Part shown: in pieces, positions 1 to 9,514 of the stretch
Layout: the number at the start of each line of letters is the position of its first letter
How positions within the stretch are numbered: position 1 is the first letter of the stretch
From: an uncultured Synergistaceae bacterium
Lineage (GTDB): Bacteria; Synergistota; Synergistia; Synergistales; 79-D21
DNA length: 64,000 nt
NCBI GenBank assembly: GCA_964521575.1
Contig: CAZFSR010000002.1
Location: 28,740-92,739 of the forward strand
Direction: 5' to 3'
Translations under genes and position numbers: made by a program
The notes under the pieces: generated by a model
Database searches by the model: none
Seen by the model: the letters and a program-made list of their open reading frames with translations, nothing else
Told to the model about the DNA's origin: nothing

Positions 1-831
1 AAGATCACCTATGACACCTGGGAGGAGGCACTGGAAGCTTCGTTGCTCTGGAAAAGGGCGGCAGGTTTGGCAGATCAGACCTTGAAGGATTACCGCTATC
101 ACATATCCCGTTTCTTCACCAAATTCTCCGGGTCCTGGATGGAGCCAAGTCTTGATTAGAACCTATACCGATACCTTGGGGAGAAAATGGCGCCCGTCAC
201 GTTCAATATCCGGAAGCTGTACCTGAAGGGGTTCATGACCTGGCTGGTCGATCAGGGGATGATGGACCACAACCCGCTGACCGGACTGAAAACGAGACAC
301 GCAGAACCCCGGATTGTCCGGATTCCAGCTGACATCCTGCAGAAGCTCATTCATCTGCCCAACCCCAATACCTATGCGGGCCTCCGCGACAAGGCCCTCA
401 TCATGCTCCAGCTCGACAGCGGAATCAGACCAGGAGAGGCATTGGCTCTACTTCCCGCCGATTTCAACGCTTCATCCACCGAGATCCGCATCCGGCCCGA
501 AGTCTCGAATACCGGCAAGGCCAGGACGCTCATCCTGTCCAGGACCTGCACTCAAGGCATTTCAAGGGTTCTTGCCGTTCGGCCTCTTGAATGGGAAGAC
601 GCCCCGATCTTCTGTACGGAGGAGGGCAGGCTGTTGCGAGTGACGGCCTGGGGGAATCGCCTAAGGGATGTCTATTCGAAAAAGCTGGACTTCCACATCA
701 CCCCATACGACTTAAGGCACGCCCATGCATTGATGTTCCTCCGGAACAATGGAAACGTCTTTGCCTTGCAACGAGAGATGGGGCATTCCGATTTGGACAT
801 GACGAAGCGCTACCTGGCCCTTGTAATGACC
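1..831 (+). pseudogene. tyrosine recombinase/integrase, disrupted. There is an in-frame TAG at 157-159 and the 3' end is cut by the IS at 832. The 5' end runs off the window.
   Basis: Frame 1 is open from base 1 (KITYDTWEEALEASLLWKRAAGLADQTLKDYRYHISRFF) to TAG 157-159. It resumes in the same frame (ORF 187..837) through GIRPGEALAL, TPYDLRHAHA and GHSDLDMTKRYL. It is collinear with the intact paralog at 46985..47884 across the stop. That paralog continues well past the RY(L/V)AL point where the IS inverted repeat starts here. Confidence 0.7.
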
Positions 832-849
832 CCCTAAAATTGGCACAAC

Positions 850-1630
850 TTAGGCGCTTATTGCATGAGCCTTGTCAAACAAAACCGGCGGCTTGTAACC
901 CAGGGCTCGATGCGGTCGCTCGGTGTTGTAATGGCGAATCCAGGAAGCGATGACACTCTGGGCCTGGGACAGGGATTCAAACCTGTGCTGCCAGACGCAC
1001 TCTTCCTTCAAGCTCTTGATGAACCGTTCCACGATCCCGTTCTGTTCCTGCGTGTAGGGCGTGATGAACTCCTGGGTCAGCCCGTAGCTTCTGACCGTGT
1101 TCGTGTAGCGTTTGCTGGTGAAGACCAGGCCGTTGTCGCTTCTCAGGATGATCGGCATCGGGGTCCTTCCCAAATACCCGAAGAGGTGGATCAACGCTTC
1201 TTCCAGGGCCGCTTCTGCGGTCTTGGCATGCCCCCGGGAAGAGAGGCGCCAGCCCAGGAGTTCCCGGCACCAGACCATGGCTAGGTCGGTGGACCAGCGG
1301 ATGTCCCGCTCCGGAGCCCTGGAGGGAACTACCTTCACACGGGGGGACCTACCGGACGTTTCCGGACCTGCCAGTGCTTCTTCTGCAGGATCCTCTGGAT
1401 CACCTTGCGGTTCTCGTCCAGGAGCAGGGCAATCCGCCGGTACCTGTAGGTCGGGAACTTCTCGATGCAGTCACGCACTTTCTGCACCTTCTCAGGGTTC
1501 AAAGGGATCCGTCTTTTCCGGGGCTTGTAGTAGAAACTCCGCCTCGGAAGACCGAGTATCCGGCAAATTCTCTTGATACTGACTTTTTTCCCCTCTTTCA
1601 GGAGGTCCGCCTGCAGGGCTCTTATTCCTG
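850..1630 (-). pseudogene. IS3-family transposase OrfB (rve integrase core), broken by a frameshift in a C6 run near 1344-1349
   Basis: The N-terminal part (RALQADLLKEGKKVSIKRICRILGLPRRSFYYKPRK...IQRILQKKHWQVRKRPVGPPV*) is in the -1 frame relative to orfA. It stops just after a CCCCCC run. One extra C would fuse it to ORF 850..1338 (VKVVPSRAPERDIRWSTDLAMV...DNGLVFTS...ERFIKSLKEE...YNTERPHRALGYKPP). Confidence 0.7.
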
Positions 1631-1951
1631 AGGGGGTTGGCCGAACTGACGCTTGGCTTTTCTTAGGACATCAACCTCCAGGACGAGTTCCCCGACCTTG
1701 GCCTGCAGGTCCTTGATTTGGCTTTCGTATTGCTCGGCCACGTCCTTCGGACGGCTTCTCAGGTTGTTCTCCATGCCCCTGAGGCCTTCTTCAAGCCATT
1801 CCTCGATCTCCCCGGGGGTGAGGTCGTACGTCCGGGCCGCCTGGGCGACGGTGGTGGTTCCCTTGAACAGGTCCAGGACAAGAGCTGCTTTCCGTTTCGC
1901 TGTCCAGCGTTTCACGTCTTGGTTGGCTCCGTTCTGTTCCTGCTCCGTCAT
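1622..1951 (-). CDS. IS3-family transposase OrfA (HTH)
   Basis: MTEQEQNGANQDVKRWTAKRKAALVLDLFKGTTTVAQAARTYDLTPGEIEEWLEEG followed by a coiled-coil tail, typical of IS3/IS911 OrfA. I prefer the start at ATG 1951 because the remnant copy at 28204 starts at the equivalent MTKQEQNG. Confidence 0.8.
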   Translation of the reverse strand: MTEQEQNGANQDVKRWTAKRKAALVLDLFKGTTTVAQAARTYDLTPGEIEEWLEEGLRGMENNLRSRPKDVAEQYESQIKDLQAKVGELVLEVDVLRKAKRQFGQPPQE

Positions 1952-2143
1952 CTTTACCCTCTCCCTTCTTCTGCACAATATCATGTGCAGTTCTGGAGGG
2001 GGTCAATACATCCATGTTTGTGCATGGGTACAAAAAAACGCTACCCCAATAAAGGAATAGCGGTATTAAGGCAGAAGGCCCCGGAAGAATTTCCGTCAAA
2101 GTTTTTTCTCTCCGGATTTTCATGGATTCCCGTGTTCCGGAAG

Positions 2144-2641
2144 TCAGTCCGCTTTCTCCCGCAACCTTTCTCTGAAAACCACGTAGTAAAGAACCGCCAC
2201 AAAAAGCGCCCCGCCGATAATGTTGCCTATCGTCACCGGCACCAGGCTCGACAGGAAACCGGACCAGGTCAGGTTGGCCAGCTTTTCGGGTGACAGTCCC
2301 GACAACCGGGCAAGCATCGGATCCCCCGCGACGAGGATCCCTGACGGGATGAAGAACATGTTCGCAACACAGTGTTCGAACCCCGAGGCGACAAAAGCCA
2401 TGATCGGGAAGTAGATCGCCAGGATCTTTCCCGTCACGTCCGTCGCTGCCATCGCCATCCACACGCCCAAAACGACAAGCCAGTTGCACAGGATCCCCCG
2501 GATCACCGCCTGCATGAAGGGCAAAGAGACCTTGCCCGCGGCTATTTTCAGGGCATTTGCCCCTACCGCGCCCTGGAAGAGGCCGGCGTAAAACAGAAGT
2601 CCCGCCACAAGCAGGGAACCGGCAAGGTTGAAGAGGTACAC
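2144..2641 (-). pseudogene. formate/nitrite transporter (FNT) family, 5'-truncated fragment
   Basis: The 165-aa ORF aligns with residues ~140-312 of the full-length FNT paralog at 56889..57716 (NLAGS.L.A.L.FY.GL, GANALKIAA.K.SLP, RGILCNWLVVL.VWM.MAATD..GKI.AI.FPI.AFVASGFEH.VANM). The N-terminal half of the family is absent. The homology ends at an abrupt switch to AT-rich DNA at ~2645. Confidence 0.65.
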
Positions 2642-2854
2642 ATATAACCAGTTTTCCGGAGAGAAGTCAGTGTTGCTTAATTCCTCTCGCCCCCCTATTC
2701 CACTTTACATTCGTGCTTTTCTAAATGAGCAATTAGGCCAAACAGATTCTTCGCCTATTCCGTTTTGCATCCAGCACTTCATTTATATATTTATTATTCT
2801 TTGGCATGCCATTGCATTTATAGCATTTTTTTATATAATAAGTATGCTGTAAAG

Positions 2855-3616
2855 ATGTTGTGCCTTTTTGACTTGGGGGTGCGTGCGTTGGAGAAAAGTT
2901 TGACCTTGAAGGTTTATCAGAGCATCAAGAACCAACTTATCAGCCTAAAACACCCTCCTGGTAGCAACATCCGTGAGCGAGACATAGCCGATACCTTAGG
3001 AGTAAGTAGAACCCCTGTTCGCGAAGCCTTCCAGCGCCTTGCTCATGAGGGATGGCTAAATATTGGTGAGGGCAAAAAAATTCAGGTCAAACCTGTGTCC
3101 ATGGCTGATATCGAAGAAATTTTCAAGATCCGCGAACTCGTTGAGCTTTTTTCCTATCAATGGCTCATGCAGTTCGGCGAACCCCGAATCGTGGCCGGAA
3201 AAGCAGATTCCATCCTGGATATGATGGCCCATTGCCAAGATGACCATTTAGGGTTCACCCTCCTTGATTTGCAGTTCCACTCAAGCGTGATCAAGAGCAG
3301 TGGATACGAAAGAATCAACCGGTTCTGGACGACGGTCCAGGAAGAGGTTGTCCGATTGGGTTTCATGGCTATGCAAGGCAGTGATCGGTATCTGGAGGTT
3401 TTGAAGGAGCATGCAGCCATTGTGGATGCCCTCTGGGAAAAGGACAGCCAGGTCGTAATGAAGGCCATTAGCACGCACCTTGCCAACTCTCGATCGGCTT
3501 TAATCGCAAAGCTGGGGAGTCACTGTGCTCCACACACCGCGATCCCGCCTTTGACCGAAATGAATAGAGCTCCGGTGAAGCGTGGAGAGGGACTTGCTTT
3601 GCCCCCTCAGCACTAG
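2855..3616 (+). CDS. GntR-family transcriptional regulator (FadR/FCD type)
   Basis: It has a winged HTH (ERDIADTLGVSRTPVREAFQRLAHEGWL) followed by a helical FCD-like C-terminal domain. The start at ATG 2855 was chosen over the long upstream AT-rich extension. Confidence 0.8.
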   Translation: MLCLFDLGVRALEKSLTLKVYQSIKNQLISLKHPPGSNIRERDIADTLGVSRTPVREAFQRLAHEGWLNIGEGKKIQVKPVSMADIEEIFKIRELVELFSYQWLMQFGEPRIVAGKADSILDMMAHCQDDHLGFTLLDLQFHSSVIKSSGYERINRFWTTVQEEVVRLGFMAMQGSDRYLEVLKEHAAIVDALWEKDSQVVMKAISTHLANSRSALIAKLGSHCAPHTAIPPLTEMNRAPVKRGEGLALPPQH

Positions 3617-3642
3617 GAGTGCAACTAACCTAGCTTAAAGGA

Positions 3643-4422
3643 GTGGTTCAAGTGAAAGTCGCATCCATTCAACTCGCGGTCAGGGAAGGAAGATCCAAGG
3701 AAGAAACAGTGGCCTACGCATTGGACATGATGGATAAGTGCAGGGGCTGCGACCTTGTTCTCCTTCCCGAGATATGGAACATCGGTTTCTTCGCCTACGA
3801 CGAGTACCTCTCTCAGAGCGAACCCATCGATGGGTTCACGGCCTCGGCTGTTTCGGCCAAAGCCCGTGATCTGGGCGCCGTTGTCTTTTCGGGGAGCTTC
3901 GTGGAATGCCGGAACGGCAAATATCACAACACCAGTCTTCTTTTCGGCAGGAATGGGGAGACTCTCGGCGTGTATCGCAAGATGCACCTGTTTTCCTACA
4001 AGTCCAGGGAACCCGAACTGTTGACACCCGGGCGCGAGGTTGCCGTGGTGGATACCGAATTCGGCAAGGTGGGCCTTTCAACCTGCTACGACCTCCGATT
4101 CCCGGAACTTTATAGGGCAATGGTCGACAAGGGCGCCGAATTCTTCCTTGTCACATCCGGATGGCCCTTCCCTCGGCTTGCGCATTGGCTGACGTTCAAT
4201 CAGGCCCGCGCCATCGAGAATTCCTGTTTCCTCGTTTCCTGCAATGCAGCGGGGATCCAGGTCGGCAGCCGTTTCCTGGGGCACAGCCAGATCGTTGATC
4301 CGTGGGGAGTCGTCGTTGCTGGAAGTGCCCACGACGAGTGCATCGTGAAAGCCGAGATCGACCCAGCCATGGTTCGCCAGGTTCGTGCCGAGTTTCCCGC
4401 CCTGAGAGACCGCGTACTTTAG
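3643..4422 (+). CDS. carbon-nitrogen hydrolase family protein (nitrilase/omega-amidase-like)
   Basis: The Glu-Lys-Cys triad contexts are present: LVLLPEIWN, YRKMHLF, STCYDLRFPE. The true start may be GTG 3652, which follows AAAGGAG. Confidence 0.8.
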   Translation: MVQVKVASIQLAVREGRSKEETVAYALDMMDKCRGCDLVLLPEIWNIGFFAYDEYLSQSEPIDGFTASAVSAKARDLGAVVFSGSFVECRNGKYHNTSLLFGRNGETLGVYRKMHLFSYKSREPELLTPGREVAVVDTEFGKVGLSTCYDLRFPELYRAMVDKGAEFFLVTSGWPFPRLAHWLTFNQARAIENSCFLVSCNAAGIQVGSRFLGHSQIVDPWGVVVAGSAHDECIVKAEIDPAMVRQVRAEFPALRDRVL

Positions 4423-4425
4423 GGG

Positions 4426-4911
4426 GTGCAGATAACGTTTATGCCGAAAATCATGGGGCTTTTCGAGAAGGCGGCAAAGTTTTTTTGCCTCGTATTCCTT
4501 TCCACAGCCACGGGACTGGTCACCTTCAACGTGGTTGCCCGTTATTTTTTCAATTACGGGGTTCCTTGGTGTGAGGAAGCGATCCGCTACTCGGTCATTA
4601 TCGCGACGTTCTTCGGGTTGAGCCTGGCTGTGGCCAAAAACGAGTGCATGAAGATAGACCTTCTGCTCCAGTTGCTGAAGGGGAAGCCGCTCCATGCAGT
4701 CAATATTGTCGGAACGGCGCTCGAGTTCCTGACTGTCGCCTCGTTCGTCGTCTTTTCCGTATTCCTGGTCCAGGAAACGTATGCCACGGGACAAATCACG
4801 CCTTCCACCGATTTTCCCATGTACATGCCCTATTTGATGGTCACCCTGGGATCTTTGTTCTGCCTCGTGCGCTCAGTCCAAGCCCTGAGGGAAGCCTTGA
4901 GGAGAGGATAG
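4426..4911 (+). CDS. dctQ: TRAP transporter small permease (DctQ-like)
   Basis: A ~160 aa protein with four predicted hydrophobic helices sits directly upstream of a DctM-like gene. The size and position are typical of TRAP Q subunits. Confidence 0.7.
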   Translation: MQITFMPKIMGLFEKAAKFFCLVFLSTATGLVTFNVVARYFFNYGVPWCEEAIRYSVIIATFFGLSLAVAKNECMKIDLLLQLLKGKPLHAVNIVGTALEFLTVASFVVFSVFLVQETYATGQITPSTDFPMYMPYLMVTLGSLFCLVRSVQALREALRRG

Positions 4912-4915
4912 CGGG

Positions 4916-6196
4916 ATGGAAATGGCCCTGGTTCTGTTTGTCACGCTTTTCCTGGTTCTCATCCTGAGCGCCCCGATTTACGCGGGTCTTGCTCTTTCGT
5001 CGATCCTTGCCATGCATCTCTTCGGAGATTACAGCCTTTCCGCGGTGATGCAAAGAATTTTCGGCGGAATCGACAAGTTCGCCCTAATGTCCCTTCCCTT
5101 CTACGTTCTTGCGGCCGAAATTATGACGGTAGGGGGAATGTCGCGGCGCATCATCGATTTTGTCAACGTATTGATGGGGAATTTCAGGGGAAGCATGGCG
5201 ATCGCTACGCAGGGCGCTTGCATGTTTTTCGGGGCGCTGTCCGGGTCAAGCCCGGCGACGGTCGTGGCGATCGGCTCCATGATGGTTCCCAAAATGGACG
5301 AAGGCGGGTATCCCCCAGGATTCACAGCCGGGCTGATCACTTCTTCCGGAGCGGTGGCCATCCTCATCCCTCCCAGCATTACCTTCATTGTCTACGGGGC
5401 TACGACCGGGGTTTCAGTGGGAGCTCTTTTCGTATCGGGAGTCGGCGCCGGGTTGGTGTTCGGGGCAGCCATCATGCTTTATTCATACCTGTTTGCGGTC
5501 TCGCACAACATTCCTTGTCCCCCGAAAGCCTCGCTCAAGGAAATCTGGCACATAGCAAAAGACGCTTCGTGGTCCCTTGGGGTTCCTTTCATTATCGTCG
5601 GGGGGATTACGGCTGGCATCTTCACACCGACCGAGGCAGCAGGAATTTCTGTTGTTTACGCCCTTCTTGTTTGCGCCTTCGTTTACAGGGAACTGAAATG
5701 GGCATCCTTAAAGCAGGCGATGTTGTCTTCGGCAGTGACCATCGGCCAACTGATGATCCTCCTCGGCACCGCTGCCCTCTTCGGGTGGGTGCTTGCAATT
5801 TCCTTCTTCCCTCAGATGCTGACCACAAAGATGGTAGCGACTGTTTCTTCCAAGTACACCATGCTTTTCATCGTCAACATCGTTTTCCTCATCGCGGGGA
5901 TGTTCATTGATGCCGGCGCAGCAATCATGATCCTGGCGCCCTTGATTTTCCTGCCCCTGGTCAAGATGGGAATCGACCCGGTCCACCTCGGGGCAATTCT
6001 GGTGACGAACCTGGCCATCGGAATGTACACCCCTCCTTTCGGCCTGAATCTGTTTGTCGCCCGTTCCGTCACTAAGCTACCGTTGACCGTGATCTACCGC
6101 TCGGTGATGCCCTTCATCGGCATCAGCCTCGCCGCACTTGCCTTAGTCACCTACGTGCCAGCAGTGTCCCTCTTCCTGGTCAAACTGATGCAATAA
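4916..6196 (+). CDS. dctM: TRAP transporter large permease (DctM-like)
   Basis: A 426-aa polytopic membrane protein. Its length and Gly-rich helices are typical of DctM, and it is flanked by Q and P subunits. Confidence 0.85.
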   Translation: MEMALVLFVTLFLVLILSAPIYAGLALSSILAMHLFGDYSLSAVMQRIFGGIDKFALMSLPFYVLAAEIMTVGGMSRRIIDFVNVLMGNFRGSMAIATQGACMFFGALSGSSPATVVAIGSMMVPKMDEGGYPPGFTAGLITSSGAVAILIPPSITFIVYGATTGVSVGALFVSGVGAGLVFGAAIMLYSYLFAVSHNIPCPPKASLKEIWHIAKDASWSLGVPFIIVGGITAGIFTPTEAAGISVVYALLVCAFVYRELKWASLKQAMLSSAVTIGQLMILLGTAALFGWVLAISFFPQMLTTKMVATVSSKYTMLFIVNIVFLIAGMFIDAGAAIMILAPLIFLPLVKMGIDPVHLGAILVTNLAIGMYTPPFGLNLFVARSVTKLPLTVIYRSVMPFIGISLAALALVTYVPAVSLFLVKLMQ

Positions 6197-6249
6197 GAAA
6201 CAACGGCATTTCGCTTGCCGATTTGATAATCCTTTGGGAGGTATCGAAA

Positions 6250-7263
6250 ATGCGTGGAAAAAGATATTGGGGCTTGATGCTTATCGCAATCCTGAGCTTA
6301 TTCTTTCTAATACCAGCTGTGCAAGGTGAAGCAAAAACGGTCAAGTTCGCCCTGACCGTAAACATGGACGACGCTGGAGGACTTGCCGCCGCGACCATGA
6401 AGGAAAATGTCGAAAAGTGGTCCAAGGGCAAGCTGGAGATGAACCTGTTCCCTGGAAGCCAGTTGGGAGGGATGCGAGAGCATTACGAAGCCTGCCAGAG
6501 CGGAGCGATCGAGATCGTTTACGTGGCCGCCTCTGCCGCCTCCAAGTTTGTGACAGAGATTGGCGTGCTCGATTTGCCCTTTCTCTTCCCGACCGACTAT
6601 GGTACGGCGTGGAAAGTCGTCGACGGCAAGTTGACGGCCCTGCTGTCGGAAAAACTCGAAGCCAAGGGATTCAAGCTACTCGGGATCGCTCCCTACGGGT
6701 ACAAGTCGCTCACCACATCGAAAAAACAGGTGAAATCCTTGGCCGACCTCGAAGGCATGAAAATCCGCATCATGCCCTCGAAGACCCTAGAGTTGACTTA
6801 TAAAGCCTGGAAAGCCAACCCAACCCCCATCGAGTTCAGCGAGCTTTACGTCGCCCTCCAGCAACGCGTGGTCGACGGGGAGGAGAACGGCCTTTCCGTC
6901 ATAAAAGCCCAGCGTTTCAATGAGGTCCAAGAGTACCTTACCGTTTCCAGGCACGGGTTGTTCACTGGGCTCATGGTGGCGAACAAGAAATGGTTCGACA
7001 ACCTGCCAGAAGACGAGAAGGCGATCGTCATGAAGGCGGCGAAGGCCAACGTTGCGCAGCAGAGAAAGTTCGTAGCCGCAGAGGACGAAAAGATTATCAA
7101 GTACCTCGGGGAAAACGGCATGAAAGTCTATCGGCTGACGCCGTCCCAGGTCGAGGAGTTCAGGAAGGCCTCCATTCCAGTGCATGAGGAATTCGCCAAG
7201 CTTTCAAAGGAAAACGCTATCGCCCTCCAGACTGTTTACGGCGACCTTAAGAAGCTGAAGTAA
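6250..7263 (+). CDS. dctP: TRAP transporter substrate-binding protein (DctP-like)
   Basis: A signal peptide (MRGKRYWGLMLIAILSLFFLIPAVQG) is followed by DctP-family features (PGSQLGG..E, DLPFLF, GMKIR). The RBS GGGAGG precedes ATG 6250. Confidence 0.85.
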   Translation: MRGKRYWGLMLIAILSLFFLIPAVQGEAKTVKFALTVNMDDAGGLAAATMKENVEKWSKGKLEMNLFPGSQLGGMREHYEACQSGAIEIVYVAASAASKFVTEIGVLDLPFLFPTDYGTAWKVVDGKLTALLSEKLEAKGFKLLGIAPYGYKSLTTSKKQVKSLADLEGMKIRIMPSKTLELTYKAWKANPTPIEFSELYVALQQRVVDGEENGLSVIKAQRFNEVQEYLTVSRHGLFTGLMVANKKWFDNLPEDEKAIVMKAAKANVAQQRKFVAAEDEKIIKYLGENGMKVYRLTPSQVEEFRKASIPVHEEFAKLSKENAIALQTVYGDLKKLK

Positions 7264-7353
7264 CACCTTCTGCTCTCCATTCCGCACTACCGGACGCCGC
7301 CGATAAAAGGCCGGTGTCCGGTAGTGACATTTCGAGAGACTGGAGACCATCCT

Positions 7354-8619
7354 ATGAAGCACTGGTTATTTTACGTCTGCCTCGTTTCGGGCTACTTCAT
7401 CGCCAGCCTTTTCAGGGTCTCCGCAGGAGTGGCCATGCCCCCACTTGCCGATTCTATGAACATGAGCGCAACAGCCGTAGGAATCATCTCCAGCCTCTAT
7501 TTCTATGCCTACACGATGCCCCAGCCCTTCACCGGCAATCTGTGCGATGATAGGGGCCCCCTCCTATCGTGCGGATCCGGGCTCATCCTGATGTCCCTAG
7601 GGATCACCATGTTCGCCCTAGCCCCATCTCCCTTTCTTCTCGGGGTGGGACGGTTCGCTGGTGGATTGGGGGCAGCTACCACATTCACGGGAATCCTTGT
7701 CTACCAGGCTAACTCCTTTCCTCGAAAATACTATTCCGCTCTCGCCGGGATTTCGGTGACGATGGGGCATTTCGGAGGGGTTGTTGCGGTCTCTCCTCTC
7801 GGTGCCGCTCTGGATACCTGGGGACATCTCCAAACCTTCGGCGGACTGGCATTTTTCGCCTTCCTTATCGGAGTCACCCTACTCACCTTCAGGAAAGAGG
7901 ACCCCGTCATGAGGCGGAAGCAATTCCAAACCAGCGACTTGCCCCAGGCGGCACCCTCATTCTGGTATTCATCTGGGGCCGGGTTTCGCATCATCCTCTC
8001 CTCCCGCGAACTCAAGATCCTGACCGCAGTGTGGAGCGCAGCCCTAGCTCTACAACTGACTCTCACCGGGTTGTGGGGAGTTCCATGGCTTTCATCCGGG
8101 TGTGGTTTTACGGTGGTACAGGCACGAGGATGCATGACCATAGCCGGAATCGGGGTCATGATAGGAGCGCTGACCGGTGGATGGGTCGGGACACATTTCC
8201 GCGGAAGCCGTGACGCTCTGGCGTTCGATTGCCTAGGAATTGCCGTCTGTCTGGCTCTCTTCCTTGCCGGAGCTACTTTCCATGCGCCGTTTTTCTTTTT
8301 AGCAACCGTTTCCGCGACAATGGGGTTTTTCCTCGGAAGCTGCAATGTCCTGTGCAACAGCAACCTAAACGAGACCGTGAACAGGACCGTGATTGGCTCG
8401 GCCATCGGGGCCATCAACACAATCATCTTTTCTTCCGTAGTTCTGGTCCAGTTCGGATCTGGCCTTCTGTTGAACCGTTTCAAAACGGAAACCGCCGGTA
8501 TCTATTCATCCGGCGGCTACCTATTGACCTTCCTGCTGATCCTGGTCCTTTTCTGCTTGCTCACCCTGCCTCTTTCCACGGTCAAAACATTCCGTTCGGC
8601 CGCAAGCAACGAGTATTGA
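7354..8619 (+). CDS. MFS transporter
   Basis: The protein has about 12 hydrophobic segments and is ~420 aa long. The RBS GGAG precedes ATG 7354. Confidence 0.75.
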   Translation: MKHWLFYVCLVSGYFIASLFRVSAGVAMPPLADSMNMSATAVGIISSLYFYAYTMPQPFTGNLCDDRGPLLSCGSGLILMSLGITMFALAPSPFLLGVGRFAGGLGAATTFTGILVYQANSFPRKYYSALAGISVTMGHFGGVVAVSPLGAALDTWGHLQTFGGLAFFAFLIGVTLLTFRKEDPVMRRKQFQTSDLPQAAPSFWYSSGAGFRIILSSRELKILTAVWSAALALQLTLTGLWGVPWLSSGCGFTVVQARGCMTIAGIGVMIGALTGGWVGTHFRGSRDALAFDCLGIAVCLALFLAGATFHAPFFFLATVSATMGFFLGSCNVLCNSNLNETVNRTVIGSAIGAINTIIFSSVVLVQFGSGLLLNRFKTETAGIYSSGGYLLTFLLILVLFCLLTLPLSTVKTFRSAASNEY

Positions 8620-8628
8620 GCAGGCCTA

Positions 8629-9273
8629 TCAATTTTGCTGTAGTGTTTTTGCCACGCCCAAGAAAGTCTCTTCCCTAATTTGTTCAAGGTGTTTCCCGAC
8701 CTTTTCCATTTCCCCTTTCCACAGTGAATCCACGATCTTCTCATGGTCGCAGACTACGCTTTCGAGAGCAGAAATAGAATGTTTCGTCCCCATAATCCCT
8801 ATCCTTACGATCTCTTCATCAATTCTTTTCCATAAGGCGTCCAATGTTGAGTTGCCCAGGATGGCAACGAATAGCGCGTGGAACTGGAAGTCGTTCCTTG
8901 CGAATTCTTGGGCACAGAGCAAATTTTCTCTCATGCGTTGAACTGCCGTGTCCAGTTCGCCCGCAAGCCTCCTGTTCAGGTTTCTGTCGAAGATTTGCTT
9001 GAGGGCGAACTCTTCCACGATAGACCTCACTTCGAAAAGCTCTATTACCTTCTGGAGCGTCACTTCCCGGACCCGGATGCTCTTTTGGGAACTGATGTCC
9101 AGCCACCCCTCTTGTGCCAACCGTATGACCGCCTCCCGTACGGGAGTCCGGCTGACCTGTAACATTTCGGCAAGTAGTCTTTCTTGAAGCAGTTCTCCCG
9201 GAGCAAATTCGTTCGATATCACCTTCCCCTTGATCGTTTCGTAAACTTGCTCAGAAAGCGAAATTTTCTTCAT
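8629..9273 (-). CDS. GntR-family transcriptional regulator (FCD type)
   Basis: It has LQERLLAEMLQVSRTPVREAVIRLAQEGWL plus a helical C-terminal domain. Confidence 0.85.
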   Translation of the reverse strand: MKKISLSEQVYETIKGKVISNEFAPGELLQERLLAEMLQVSRTPVREAVIRLAQEGWLDISSQKSIRVREVTLQKVIELFEVRSIVEEFALKQIFDRNLNRRLAGELDTAVQRMRENLLCAQEFARNDFQFHALFVAILGNSTLDALWKRIDEEIVRIGIMGTKHSISALESVVCDHEKIVDSLWKGEMEKVGKHLEQIREETFLGVAKTLQQN

Positions 9274-9421
9274 ACAAAGAGCCTCTTTTCTCAGAATTCA
9301 TACGATGTCCCAAGGATTTGAACAATAAAAATATACCATAAATCAGCCTTACCCATTTACAAATGCCTAAGAAGGTATTAGTATTCTAGATATACCGTAC
9401 GTTAACCGCATGCCTTTTAAT

Positions 9422-9437
9422 TTTTGGTATACCTTTA
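9422..9437 (+). promoter_or_regulatory. candidate GntR-type operator TTTTGGTATACCTTTA (GGTATACC palindrome)
   Basis: The site lies in the gntR(8629-9273)/fur-like divergent intergenic region. An identical 16-mer recurs at 24052-24067. Weaker TATACC half-sites occur at ~9333 and ~9386. Confidence 0.35.
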
Positions 9438-9514
9438 AATTGCACCTCTCGCCTTTTTTAAGGCTTTTTTTAATATCTGGCAATGCAACAGTGTTGCAGA
9501 AAGGAGAAGCAAGC

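Larger units (their letters stand above)
832..2010 (-). mobile_element. IS3-family insertion sequence (orfA plus frameshifted orfB) with imperfect terminal inverted repeats
   Basis: The ends TGTAATGACCCCCTAAAATTGGCAC (832, plus strand) and TGTATTGACCCCCTCCAGAACTGCAC (reverse complement ending at 2010) are TG..CA-type inverted repeats. Inside are an HTH orfA and a DDE (rve) orfB in the -1 frame, which is the IS3 organisation. I found no flanking target-site duplication (cct / tcc). Confidence 0.8.

Noticed and set aside
157-159. In-frame TAG in the integrase as a recoding event (pyrrolysine or read-through)
   Set aside because: There is no supporting context. The same gene is also truncated by an IS, so simple decay is far more likely.
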